From the IMG/VR virus record IMGVR_UViG_3300046491_000313, positions 3,684 to 67,683 of that record: a stretch of 64,000 bases of DNA. One strand, written 5' to 3'. Below are positions 40,028-49,945 of the stretch, in pieces. Below the pieces are notes generated by a model. That model was not told the DNA's origin, searched no databases, and worked only from the letters and a program-made list of their open reading frames with translations. This DNA is from a virus. Each line of letters starts with the position of its first letter. Within the stretch, counting starts at the first letter, position 1. The translations under genes were made by a program, and so were the position numbers.

Positions 40028-40255
40028 CTATTGTTTAGCCGAGGGCTTTTTTCGAGAAGTAGCAGGTTTTTTCTCTACTGTTTCCTCCGCTTTTTCTTCT
40101 ACCTTTTCTTCGACTTCTTTTTCTACGAAATCCATCTTCTCTAAAATTTCGATTTCTTTTTTATCGTCAGTATGATAAACTCCGTTAAAGAAGTTTTTTC
40201 GTGTACCATCGACATAGAAGCCCAGTTTAGCGAATTTACTTGTAAATTTCGCCAT
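40028..40255 (-). CDS. small head-associated protein
   Basis: F.NG.Y.TDD..EI..L, lysine-rich tail; follows capsid gene. Confidence 0.6.
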   Translation of the reverse strand: MAKFTSKFAKLGFYVDGTRKNFFNGVYHTDDKKEIEILEKMDFVEKEVEEKVEEKAEETVEKKPATSRKKPSAKQ

Positions 40256-40289
40256 TCTATCATCTCCTCGTCTCGTATTATCAAAAATA

Positions 40290-40320
40290 AACCCGTAGCC
40301 CCTTTAAAGGACTACGGATT
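40290..40320 (-). terminator. terminator after major capsid gene
   Basis: CCGTAGTCC...GGGCTACGG stem then TTTATTTTT on minus. Confidence 0.6.
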
Positions 40321-40331
40321 CTTCGTATCTA

Positions 40332-41426
40332 TTAACCTAAGTTACGGATACGAGCGTGAGCTTCTTCTTGAAGGAATTCAAGCGTGTACTCACCAGTGAT
40401 CATACCTTCTACATAGTCACCTTTGTCGCCTAGGAATTTGTGGAAGAATTCGCGGTTAGCAACTGGACGAATTGTAGCACGGTTAGCGTCAAGTAAGATG
40501 ATTTCGTTAGGATCTAAGTTCGGGTTCATAACGATTTCGAAATCGCCGAAGTCAGAAGTATAGTGATCTACTACTTGTCCGCGTCCGTTATCTTGACGAG
40601 TTAAGCGAATTTCAGCTTTACCGAAATCAGAGATAAGACGTTTTTGTTTTGGTGAAACGATTAACTTGTAGTTACCGCCTGCAGCTTCAACGCCAGTAGC
40701 ATCGAATACTGATTGAGCTAAATCGTTAATCATGTCGTCAGTAAGAGTAGCGCCAGCACCTTCAACAACGTTTGTTTGAATGAAGTCACGAACTCCACGC
40801 ATATAACGTTTTTCACCGTTTACATATTTAACGCCGTTGATAACAGCTTTTTCTAACTCAAGCGCTTGTCCTAATTGAACTTTCGCTTTTTCGTAAGAGT
40901 AAAGATCAGTAATACCGTATTGAGCGATCTCTTGTGCTGTTCCTGAAAGTCTGATAGAATCAGAGAAAATTTGAGTAACGTTGTCTTTAGGAACACGTTT
41001 TTTGTAGCGGCTAGAACGAGCGTCCATACCTTCTTCAGTATCAGAGAACATTACTTCAGCAACAACGCCAACAGCGTGAGCAGCAGCAGTTGTACCAGCA
41101 TAACCACGTTGTACAGCAAGTTTTTTGCCAACAGTGTCAACCGTTAAAACTAAAATACGCTCTTCTTCAACTTTGATTACTTGGTTTGTACGGAAAGGCT
41201 CTACGTCTTCAACTGTTAATTCAACAGCAGCAGCGTCAACAGCACCAGCTAGTTTAGTTTTGTCAGCGAAAATAGCATCTTCAAACCATTGGTGTTGAGT
41301 TTGAGCAATAGCAGGTCCGAAACCTAAAAGATTGATCATTGGTGTTTTTGCAGGTGATAAAAGTAAAATCTCATCAACTACGGATTGTTTTACTCCTACT
41401 AAATCTGTAGAAAAGATTTGTTCCAT
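40332..41426 (-). CDS. major capsid protein (SU10/DUF5309-like)
   Basis: TPM..L, HQWFED, N.TQIF, LE.A.I.G, YTSDFG, GEYTLE. Confidence 0.88.
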   Translation of the reverse strand: MEQIFSTDLVGVKQSVVDEILLLSPAKTPMINLLGFGPAIAQTQHQWFEDAIFADKTKLAGAVDAAAVELTVEDVEPFRTNQVIKVEEERILVLTVDTVGKKLAVQRGYAGTTAAAHAVGVVAEVMFSDTEEGMDARSSRYKKRVPKDNVTQIFSDSIRLSGTAQEIAQYGITDLYSYEKAKVQLGQALELEKAVINGVKYVNGEKRYMRGVRDFIQTNVVEGAGATLTDDMINDLAQSVFDATGVEAAGGNYKLIVSPKQKRLISDFGKAEIRLTRQDNGRGQVVDHYTSDFGDFEIVMNPNLDPNEIILLDANRATIRPVANREFFHKFLGDKGDYVEGMITGEYTLEFLQEEAHARIRNLG

Positions 41427-41464
41427 TTTGTATTTCCCCCTAGTAATAAATAATTAATGTAGGC

Positions 41465-42202
41465 TTAAAGCCCTAGTTCTTTCTTCTTTCGCATATAAGC
41501 AACCATGTCTTCGTGTTTATTGGTACGTCTAGCGCGATCCGCGTACTCTTTCAGTACTTCTTGTTTTGATTTATTATTTACTGGGTTAGCCGTCGGATTG
41601 CTAGGTTCCCCTATTTCATGAGGTTTTGCTTCTACTTGGTTTAGTAAAAAAGGCTTAGATTCAATAAGCTCTTTTACGATGTCTTCAACTCCGTTTACCT
41701 CGCCGTTTTCTGCTACTTCTAAAGAAGAAATTTTGGCTTTAGAAAGTTCGAAAGCGTCCTCTAAATACGCAATACCTTTTTCTCGCGCTGCTTTTTCGAA
41801 AGCGCCTCTAATTTTTTGCTGTTTGGACGTTTCGTTCATTAAACGTAAGTTGTCGTTTAATGAAGTAATCGTTTCGTTAGCTTTCGCTAAGTCATTTTGT
41901 AGCTTTTCGATTTCTGACATTTCTCCGCGCTTACGTTCTTCCTCTTTAGCTTGTAGGTCTTTAGCCGTAGTCGCAAACTCTTTTAAACTATCGATATTGT
42001 CAAAACCTAGTTCTTTTAACGTAGTAGTAAATGTGTTTACTTCATCTACTTTTGCCTTGAAACGATCGTATGGAATCGTTTTAGCTTCTCCTGTGCTAAC
42101 GGGGTTTTGTGTCTGGTCCGCACCAGTGTTCGGATTAGCTTGCGTTTCTTGAATAGGGTTTGTTTCTTCTGTATGTTGAACTTGCGTGTTTTCGTTTTCC
42201 AT
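41465..42202 (-). CDS. capsid scaffolding protein
   Basis: IPYDRF..K, MSE.EK, L.ESKPFL; start after GGAGG. Confidence 0.82.
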   Translation of the reverse strand: MENENTQVQHTEETNPIQETQANPNTGADQTQNPVSTGEAKTIPYDRFKAKVDEVNTFTTTLKELGFDNIDSLKEFATTAKDLQAKEEERKRGEMSEIEKLQNDLAKANETITSLNDNLRLMNETSKQQKIRGAFEKAAREKGIAYLEDAFELSKAKISSLEVAENGEVNGVEDIVKELIESKPFLLNQVEAKPHEIGEPSNPTANPVNNKSKQEVLKEYADRARRTNKHEDMVAYMRKKKELGL

Positions 42203-42343
42203 TTTAATTTCCTCCATTTACGAATTTTACGTGTAACGCCACGATAGGATTTTTTAATAGTATTTTAGTAATAGAGGTAAGGGTAAAAAGTACCTCCTTA
42301 CAACCAAAAGCATGACAAATGCGAAGTATTTTTCACCTTTTCG

Positions 42344-43162
42344 TTAATTTTCTATATCTTTTTCAGAAATACCTCGAATGTAGTGATGACAATTGGGGTG
42401 GAAGCATTCTTTGGTTGCTTTTATACTTTCGTACGTCGGATAATTTCCTGGAATACTTTCATCTAGTTTTACGATTCTCCCAATCCAATCGTTGCAAGCA
42501 TCTTTTGCTGTTGGTCCTGCGATAATCCCGAATTTGTTTCCTCGAGCAATTCCTTCGTTAATCGCTGCTTCATTTAATGCTGTCATTACTTTCGTTTGAG
42601 CAACTACTCTCGCATACGTCTCTGGTTGCCACGTTCTACCTACCTTATCGACGAACCCGCTTTTAACAGACTGTTTAACGGCTTCTGCGATACGCTGGCG
42701 CTGTTTTTGTAGCTCTGGAAGGTCTAAGGGACTACCTAAAAAACGACGTCTTAGAGAGGCATTTACAGCTTCTCGAAGGGCAGCATCTGTTTTCGTACTC
42801 ATTGTTCGAATAATTGTACGGAAATCGTTCTTCATTTCGCGTGTTAATCGTTTGATTAAACCTTTTTGCAAGTGGTTAAGTGTAAGTTCTCCAACCGTAA
42901 TGCTTAGTGAAGCAAGATAAAGTAAAACCCCTGCTTCTACAACTGCAGGGATTAACTCATCTGTTTTTTCATCTAAGTCTTTAATAGAGACCTCAAGAAT
43001 ACGATTGATTTCTCGAATCGTTTTATCGACATCCCCATTGTTGATGGAAAGAAGGTCTAACGCATCGATTTCGCCCAAAATTCTTTGAATGCTTAAACCG
43101 AATACTTGTTCGATTTCACGTATTTGTTTATCGTATTTTTGTTGGAAATCTAATTCATTCAT
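42344..43162 (-). CDS. minor capsid / head morphogenesis protein
   Basis: FVDK.GRTW..ETYA, C..W.G, FHPNCHH. Confidence 0.8.
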   Translation of the reverse strand: MNELDFQQKYDKQIREIEQVFGLSIQRILGEIDALDLLSINNGDVDKTIREINRILEVSIKDLDEKTDELIPAVVEAGVLLYLASLSITVGELTLNHLQKGLIKRLTREMKNDFRTIIRTMSTKTDAALREAVNASLRRRFLGSPLDLPELQKQRQRIAEAVKQSVKSGFVDKVGRTWQPETYARVVAQTKVMTALNEAAINEGIARGNKFGIIAGPTAKDACNDWIGRIVKLDESIPGNYPTYESIKATKECFHPNCHHYIRGISEKDIEN

Positions 43163-43173
43163 ACGCTATCCTC

Positions 43174-43872
43174 CTAGTTTGTTTTTTCGTCCGATCCCGA
43201 CGAATTCGAATCCTGCGCAGGTTCCGCTGGAAGTTCGTTAAAAACGTCAGGAGTTGCGGCTAACGCCTGCTCCTGTCTCGCTTTTTTCTCTACTTCGATA
43301 CGATCTACGATTTCTTGTGCTTGATCATCATTTAAGTTGTCCGAGCGTTTAATCGCAGAAAGAGTATCAAGCGTAGTTGCTCCGTTTGTACGAATCGCCA
43401 TGATTTCCGCTTCTTCTTTCTCGTCTTTTGGAATACCGTCTTTCCACGTTACCTTTGGATAAACTGCTTCGTAAGATTCGAACCCTTTTACGTTCTCATT
43501 CGCTTTAATTTCAAGTAATTGAGCAGCATAAAGAGCATCTCGAACCGTTTTATCGAGATGTAGTCGAATACGATTTACTTTTGATGTGATTGGCATGAAA
43601 CGAGCACGAATAGCAGATCCATCACTATGCGACGTACCTGAACCCCCTGTATCAGCTGTTAATACCGTTCCGAATAACCACTGAGGCGTTTCTGCTTTCA
43701 TGAATACAAGACCTAATAACGTATCTAATTCACGGAATGCTGAATCAAGTTGCGCTTCCCAAACCATATAACCAGGTTTTTGGTCGTCTTTATCAAGCGG
43801 AATGTATTTACCACCCCACGGCGTTCCCGCTGTTCCGTTTGCATTTGATAAATCAGGTCCATAAGCTGTAGG
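43174..43872 (-). CDS. portal protein, exon 2
   Basis: PTAYGPDL...PGYMVWEAQL...ETPQWLFG...W.DG.P.D. Confidence 0.88.
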   Translation of the reverse strand, partial: PTAYGPDLSNANGTAGTPWGGKYIPLDKDDQKPGYMVWEAQLDSAFRELDTLLGLVFMKAETPQWLFGTVLTADTGGSGTSHSDGSAIRARFMPITSKVNRIRLHLDKTVRDALYAAQLLEIKANENVKGFESYEAVYPKVTWKDGIPKDEKEEAEIMAIRTNGATTLDTLSAIKRSDNLNDDQAQEIVDRIEVEKKARQEQALAATPDVFNELPAEPAQDSNSSGSDEKTN

Positions 43873-44192
43873 CTTTACCTTCGAGTAAGGTCGTTACCCT
43901 TACCCCGTTCCCTAACGAACCGCTACAAGCTTTCCTTGTAGAAGAGACTATATCTTCGGTAAGCTTCCTTATACCGTCTCCCGTTTCGAGTTCACTTGAA
44001 CCCTACGTCTTTCGACTAGTCGTTGAACGTTCCTCATATCTCGTCAGACTTAGAGGCTTCGCTGCTGATTTCCCATCGTGCCTATCCTTTTTATTTTTGA
44101 CCATCACGCTTGTCGTTTCCAACTACGTTGTGGTTAAAAAGTTTTTAGGGTGTTCCAGCAATTAGAGAGATTTAACGCGAACCAGTGTGTTA
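43873..44192 (-). ncRNA. group I intron in portal gene (320 nt, ORF-less)
   Basis: 7-bp P1 CGCGGAU/GUUCGCG; CAACGACUA and AAGAUAUAGUC core; terminal G; splicing restores KHAD|PTAYGP. Confidence 0.92.
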
Positions 44193-45161
44193 ATCCGCGT
44201 GTTTCCAAAGAATGTATGAGATTTGTGTAAGACGGTCATTAATCGCAGCAAGTAAATCCGAAATAACCTCTACTAAACTCATACCTTGCCATTCTGTATC
44301 AATCGCAGAATAAGGTGCATGAAATAAAAGCGGCATTGGTACGCCTGTTTCGACAATATTCTTCTTGTTTTCTGCTTGGCGTCCAGTATCGACTAAATCA
44401 CCGATTTTATAAACAGGGATCTGAATACCATAATCCATGTTAAGGTCAAACTCGTTTAATTGGAATTTGTGGAAGAAGATATACCCTGGAATATGGCGCT
44501 CTACGTAAAGGTAAGGCGTTCTTCCTGTTGTAATCAACTGGATATTGTTCTTTTCCAACGCTTCATCACGTAAATCGAAAGGATTATACGGATCAGCGAT
44601 TCCAAGTGAATCTTCGTATTGAACATAAGCAACGTTTACCGCTTTAAAACTTTTCGCATTCTTCCCGCTTTCTTCAGGGAATACGTAGTTTGGGTTAACT
44701 GCTTCGATGATACTTTCCATTGGAACCGTGTCGGGAATTTCTCCGCCGAATGCTAATAGCTCGGAAAAGTCTTGTCGATACCCATAACGTACTTTTAACC
44801 ACATATCTCCACGGAATGCTCCGCTTGTCCCAATATCGTGTAAAAGACTCGTTAAATCGTTTTCTTCTGCTAAGCGATTGACAGCGTCCTGAGAAGCTCC
44901 AGATTGCCCGCTCTCGAACACAGGAGGCTCGCCAACTAATAGGTCTGCAGGCTTCTGGGAAAGCATCTGAACGACGTTTACAGCCGTGTAGAGCTTACGT
45001 AACTGAGGAGCATGCTTCGACTCTTTTAAAAGTGCTTGTGCGCGGTTATATAAATCTTGTAAATCCTTCCCTTTGTAAATACGTTCACCTTTTTGATATT
45101 TAGCGATACGTTCGATATCTTTTTGTGGCGGGAACTGTTTACCCGTTTCGAATAATGCCAT
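44193..45161 (-). CDS. portal protein (SPP1-like), exon 1; spliced protein 555 aa
   Basis: FPP...ERI..Y, ADLLVGEPP, G.S......L..INDRLTQ...IL.KHAD; synteny. Confidence 0.88.
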
Positions 45162-45652
45162 TATTTCTCCTCCTCAAAATCCTCTAGTAATAAAGTATCT
45201 GTGTCCGCTTCTTCTTTTTCCCCTTCTTCTTCGGGTGCTTCGATTAATAGGTCGAGTTCTTTCATACCTAGCAAAATATCTTCGTTAGAACGGTTGATTA
45301 CTTCCGTTTCTACTCGGTGGACTTCACTTAATAACCCGAATCTCTTAAAGTATAAATCTAACGCCTTTACGGACGGCTGATCGCCACTGATTGATTTCAT
45401 TAACTGACGATAAGCGAAAGAACGTTTTGCTTCGAAGAAATCATCGGCAATCAAGTTTACGTAATCGATAAAATCCTTGTCTTGTGTACGCCATCTATAC
45501 AAAGACATTCGGGATACTTTTATTTCTTGAGCCAATTCCTCCAAAGACATACGCTCTCTATCAGGTAACTCCAAATCGTTTTCCACTAACAAAACGGCAG
45601 CCTTTCGTTGCTGCAGTGTTAATCTCGCTTCTAATTCTTTTTTTGTAGCCAT
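45161..45652 (-). CDS. HTH protein, putative terminase small subunit (phBC6A51-like)
   Basis: L...QRKAA.LLV, ELAQEIKVSRMSLYRWR, PSVKALDL; start after GGAGG. Confidence 0.7.
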   Translation of the reverse strand: MATKKELEARLTLQQRKAAVLLVENDLELPDRERMSLEELAQEIKVSRMSLYRWRTQDKDFIDYVNLIADDFFEAKRSFAYRQLMKSISGDQPSVKALDLYFKRFGLLSEVHRVETEVINRSNEDILLGMKELDLLIEAPEEEGEKEEADTDTLLLEDFEEEK

Positions 45653-45667
45653 TCCATTTCCTCCCAT

Positions 45668-45931
45668 ACCGTATTCAAGTTTTCGGACGAACCGTTCTTT
45701 GTTACTCATTCTATTTCTTTTCTTTTAGCATTTTATATAACCTTTTGCTTACATACGTTCGTATGATATTTAATGTTTTCTATCGCGAATAGTATTACTT
45801 GTAATACAGTTCGCAATATATTATTACTACATTCAGTTATTACTACCTTTAGTTATTACTACACTTAGTTATTACTAATATGGCACTTTCACGTATCCGT
45901 CGAACACGTATTCGTGAAAACCGTATCCGCG
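45668..45931. repeat. iteron/hairpin element, copy B
   Basis: 45778-45931 aligns ungapped to 20611-20764 (135/154 identical by hand count); 22-mer at 45668 matches 20507 with one mismatch. Confidence 0.85.
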
Positions 45932-45945
45932 AAACTGAGATACGG

Positions 45946-47700
45946 TTATAGCCAATCAGGTTTTTCGAGCAGCTTCGCTTTAGGTTTCATTACGATTGAT
46001 GTCGCTATTTGAAGAGCATCGATTGAATCGACGTAATCGCCAAACGGGTACTGCGCCATTTGGTCGAGTAATGTTTGGTGCGATGAGTTAAACACAAGTG
46101 TTTTATTCGCTACAAGCGGTTCTAAACTTTCGATACGTTCTTCTTTTGAAGACTTGTGCGATTTAACATCTTTTAATCGAGTTTGGTAGATTCCTTCAAC
46201 GCGTAGCCTTTCTTCCAGTTGTCGATAAAACTCATGGTATGCGTTAATCGTTTCAACTCCGAATTGTTTCGGTCTCCAGTAGCGGATTTTCTCAACAACT
46301 TTATTCATGAAGATGTGCGGTTGCTCTTTTGAAGCATACTCGTCCAAAACGAACATTAATCCTGTTAATTCATCGCGTCCTACAATCAAACACGAGTTAA
46401 AACAAGAACGACTCGTACGTCCCATCGCAATATCCCACGCACCTGTTACGTATAAACGAGAAATCGGGATTTCTTCTCCTTCATAGAAGATTACTTTCTT
46501 TCCAAAGTCGTAATTAAATCGGTAATAAGCGAAATTTTCAGGTAAGAAGTATTGCTCGTCTTCTGAGAACGCTAGATTACGATATTCCGAGTTAAACGAC
46601 TTCGTTCCCATGTTCGCTTTTTTGTGCATAAGTTCACGATACGTCCAACGCCAAGACCATGCCGTTTCTACACCTTGTTCGAGAAGTGGTTTATTCTTTT
46701 CATAAAATTCGTTCACTTCGTCCATCTCATCAGCGCGTGAATATAACTCGATATATTGCTGCCATAAATCAGGATACGCTGGTTCGTTTACGATAGCGCT
46801 ATGGAACGACTTCTTGAAATCTTTACGCGACATACAGTGATTTAATAGCCCCGATTGTGATACAACCGTTCCTACAAGAACGATCGCCGTTGATTCAGAA
46901 CCAATCGGTAGTACTACAGAGTTAAACCACGAAATTAGCTTGTCCCTAGCGTCCTTAGTTCCTTCATTATTCATACTAGATGGGTCATCAATGCATACAA
47001 GATCTGGACGAAGACTGCCATGTCTTTTTCCTCGTAATTGCTTGCCCGAACTTGACGCTTCACAGAGTGCATTCGTTAACGTAATAAAGCTTTCTTCGTT
47101 ATCTTTCTCGTTTTGCGTTGATTTCGGGTGAAGAAGTACACCAAAGTCATTTCGAAGCTTTTCGTTAAATTTCAACTGCTTATTTACCCAACCAATTAAT
47201 TTTTTCGAAAGTGTATCCGTTTCTGAGATAACGAGAATATAGCTTCTTTTTCGAAAAACAAGTTGATGAAGCGGTAAGATGTTCGAAAACGTTCCGCTTT
47301 TATTGTGTCCTCGTGGAGCAGCGATAGCTAAGTTCGTATTTCGCTCTACATGATCAACGTAATCACATAAATCAAAAAAGTCTCGATGTAGTTTCGCCAT
47401 ATCTTCCATTTCTTGATGTGCTTCGCCGTTATCCCGATTTCGGATAATATTATCTTCATTGTCAGGATTAGCTCCATCGGATAAATATTCATACGCAAAA
47501 TAAGCGACATCTTCAGACGCTCTGTGTACGCGGTTTAGTTTTTTCAGTTCTTCTTTATCGGATAATAGCATATCTATGTGATGATCCGTCGCTTTACCAG
47601 CGTCATATATTAATTTTAATTTTCGTAAGCGCTCTTTTAATAGTTTCATACGTTCAATGCGTTCATTCGCATTAAGAAACTTACCTTCAATCCAAGCCAT
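45946..47700 (-). CDS. terL: terminase large subunit
   Basis: APRGHNKS, LRG.R....RPDL..IDD, IVLVGT, F.SEY.N, GAWDIA, D.IDAL. Confidence 0.93.
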   Translation of the reverse strand: MAWIEGKFLNANERIERMKLLKERLRKLKLIYDAGKATDHHIDMLLSDKEELKKLNRVHRASEDVAYFAYEYLSDGANPDNEDNIIRNRDNGEAHQEMEDMAKLHRDFFDLCDYVDHVERNTNLAIAAPRGHNKSGTFSNILPLHQLVFRKRSYILVISETDTLSKKLIGWVNKQLKFNEKLRNDFGVLLHPKSTQNEKDNEESFITLTNALCEASSSGKQLRGKRHGSLRPDLVCIDDPSSMNNEGTKDARDKLISWFNSVVLPIGSESTAIVLVGTVVSQSGLLNHCMSRKDFKKSFHSAIVNEPAYPDLWQQYIELYSRADEMDEVNEFYEKNKPLLEQGVETAWSWRWTYRELMHKKANMGTKSFNSEYRNLAFSEDEQYFLPENFAYYRFNYDFGKKVIFYEGEEIPISRLYVTGAWDIAMGRTSRSCFNSCLIVGRDELTGLMFVLDEYASKEQPHIFMNKVVEKIRYWRPKQFGVETINAYHEFYRQLEERLRVEGIYQTRLKDVKSHKSSKEERIESLEPLVANKTLVFNSSHQTLLDQMAQYPFGDYVDSIDALQIATSIVMKPKAKLLEKPDWL

Positions 47701-47760
47701 AAGGTATTTCCTCCTTTTGAATTACTCTGTCAAATTATTGAAAAATTTGACAAAAAAATG

Positions 47761-47789
47761 TTGACAAAATGTAACATCTCTACTACAAT
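47761..47789 (+). promoter_or_regulatory. sigma-A promoter for recombinase
   Basis: TTGACA-N17-TACAAT. Confidence 0.65.
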
Positions 47790-47862
47790 AAGTATAACGA
47801 GTAGGGGTAATTTTTTACTTTTACGTGTATTTACTCATAAAATTGACTGGGAGGTGGTAGAT

Positions 47863-48675
47863 ATGAGTACAAAAAATGAAACACAAGAAATGATGACACT
47901 TTTAAGTGAAATGATGACGAAGTTAAACGCGATGGAAGAGAAAAACATGAAGCTCCAAGAGGAGCTTGAGAAAATTACAGTTAAAAAAAGTCGAAATAAG
48001 TCAAAAAAAGCAAAAAAGAATAAATCAGACATACGCAAAACGCAGCCGATTAAAGATCTCGATACATATAATAACTTTTTGAACGTATTAAAGCCGAGAG
48101 ACCGCTTAATGTGCTTAATCGGTATCGCTTCTGCTCTTCGTATTGGCGATATCATCATTCTTCGCCGCAAAGATGTAGTAGATGAGTCGGGAGTAATTCG
48201 TATTACAGAATACGGGCAAGAAAAAACGTATAAAGAAACGAATGTAGTGTTTGGTGATGAGTTTTCCGCAGAAATTCGCGACCTGCTTGATGAGCTTTCG
48301 ATTACCGAGGATAATCAGTTATTGTTCGCAAGTCAAAAGCTTGATGAGTTCGGTAATCCAAAACCAATTAGCCGTCAGCAAGCGTGGAACATTATCACCG
48401 CCGCCGCTATTAAGATTGGTGTAAGAAAACGTGACAGCGACGGTAAGTTAGTTGGACTTCGTTTAGGTTCGCATAGTTTACGTAAAACATTTTCATTTTG
48501 GTTTTATACGGTTAATTCGGAAAAAGGTAGAGCAGCTGAAGCTCTTGCGTATTTAACGAAGATTTTGAACCATTCAGATCCAGCGGTAACTCTTCGTTAT
48601 ATTGGAATCGAGCAAGAGAAAATCGAGGAAGGTCAAGTTGCAACGCACAACGCATTAAAGCGTACAAGAGGTTAA
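47863..48675 (+). CDS. tyrosine recombinase (catalytic domain with N-terminal coiled coil)
   Basis: LRIGDI, EKT, ISRQQAW, HSLRKT, LNHS...TLRY; start after GGGAGGTGG. Confidence 0.9.
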   Translation: MSTKNETQEMMTLLSEMMTKLNAMEEKNMKLQEELEKITVKKSRNKSKKAKKNKSDIRKTQPIKDLDTYNNFLNVLKPRDRLMCLIGIASALRIGDIIILRRKDVVDESGVIRITEYGQEKTYKETNVVFGDEFSAEIRDLLDELSITEDNQLLFASQKLDEFGNPKPISRQQAWNIITAAAIKIGVRKRDSDGKLVGLRLGSHSLRKTFSFWFYTVNSEKGRAAEALAYLTKILNHSDPAVTLRYIGIEQEKIEEGQVATHNALKRTRG

Positions 48676-48678
48676 GGT

Positions 48679-49236
48679 CTATTCGTCCTTGGCTTCTTTT
48701 TTCGGTTTATACCAAGGTTCTACATCGCTATCTCTCTCCGTTTCTTTCATTTTTTCGTTGAATATTGCGATAACTTCAGGATACTTTGCTTTAAACTCGG
48801 CTTCTGTCAAAATATGTCCGAAATTGAACTCGGTATGCTTACGTCCGCCTCTGTAAAAGCGACGAATACGCAATAATCCGACATTTTCTAGTATCGTTAA
48901 GTGCTTAGCGCATGTTTTTCGATTGATTGCAAGTTTAAGAGCGAGACGTTCGATACTAATCCATGCTTTCCCGTACATTTCGCTATCGTCCGAGTGATTT
49001 TGATGTTGTTTTAGCGCGCGGTACACGTCTAACGTTGCAGGAGTTACTCGAATCGAAGGATCTTCAGAATATCCTAGCAAGTTATACAGCAACAATTCAT
49101 TTTCCATCGTTACAAATCCTCCGCTATAAATAAGCGTTGCTTTGTCGTTCTTTTTTCGTTTTTGGAATCTCTTCTCGTAGTAGTTTGTCATTTTATTTAT
49201 TCTCCTTACGTTTATTTTCTTGTCTTTGTTTCGCAT
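48679..49236 (-). CDS. winged-helix DNA-binding protein
   Basis: VY..L..H......AW.SIERLA..L.INRKT..KHL..LE.VGLL. Confidence 0.75.
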   Translation of the reverse strand: MRNKDKKINVRRINKMTNYYEKRFQKRKKNDKATLIYSGGFVTMENELLLYNLLGYSEDPSIRVTPATLDVYRALKQHQNHSDDSEMYGKAWISIERLALKLAINRKTCAKHLTILENVGLLRIRRFYRGGRKHTEFNFGHILTEAEFKAKYPEVIAIFNEKMKETERDSDVEPWYKPKKEAKDE

Positions 49237-49528
49237 AACGGACGAACTCTTCTATAGATAATCCTCCGTGTAGAAATTCGAAGTGTAAAGCAAAAATATC
49301 GTCATCTTCGTGGTCTAATCCAAAGCAATCGAACGCTACCTTTTCGATTCTCGTTAATTCCTCTGTTAAAAAGTCGGGAGAGTGTGTTGAAACGTTTAAA
49401 CCGAAGAAATCTCCTACCTCATCAATTCGTTTAGCAAGCGACTTTCCTATCGCAAGACATTCATATCCGATTCTTTCTTTATAACGACTATCAAAATCGA
49501 TTATTTTCGCAGTAGTAGATAAAGTCAT
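49193..49528 (-). CDS. hypothetical protein
   Basis: ORF track, AAGGAG RBS. Confidence 0.6.
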   Translation of the reverse strand: MTLSTTAKIIDFDSRYKERIGYECLAIGKSLAKRIDEVGDFFGLNVSTHSPDFLTEELTRIEKVAFDCFGLDHEDDDIFALHFEFLHGGLSIEEFVRYAKQRQENKRKENK

Positions 49529-49594
49529 CGTAAAAATCTCCTTAAATTAAAAATACGCCATTTTAGGCGTTATTTACGTATGTATAATTCTATA

Positions 49595-49625
49595 TAAGGG
49601 ACACCCTGAGTTTTAAAAATGATCA
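49595..49625 (-). promoter_or_regulatory. variant of the phage-sigma promoter motif
   Basis: TGATCAT-N13-GGTGTCCCTTA, same spacing as the four exact copies. Confidence 0.5.
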
Positions 49626-49811
49626 GAAAATTTTTTAAGAGAGGACTTTCGAGTACAAAAAAAGCCGCCTGGGTATCTAACGATACTAGACGGTTTACAA
49701 AGGGGTAAGAATAAAGAGAAAATCGGAAAGACACTACGTATATAATTGTTAACAGTATTTAACAGCGAACAACACGAGTGTCACACTAGAGATTTCGTTA
49801 AAACACCTTTC

Positions 49812-49945
49812 CCTTACGATAAGACTTCGGAATTATTCATTCGGAATCAACTACGATAAGACTTCGAGATAACTGCTTCGAGATAACTGTCGAAATTATC
49901 AAGATTATCGGTAAGACTACGTTAAGACTTCGAATAGACTTCGAT
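49812..49945. repeat. degenerate short tandem repeats (AAGACTTCG / GAGATAACTG)
   Basis: Five (A/T)AGACT(T/A)CG units plus duplicated CTTCGAGATAACTG in non-coding DNA. Confidence 0.65.

Noticed and set aside
20611-45931. Duplicated element as the TR/VR pair of a diversity-generating retroelement
   Set aside because: Mismatches are not confined to adenines on either strand, and no reverse transcriptase is visible
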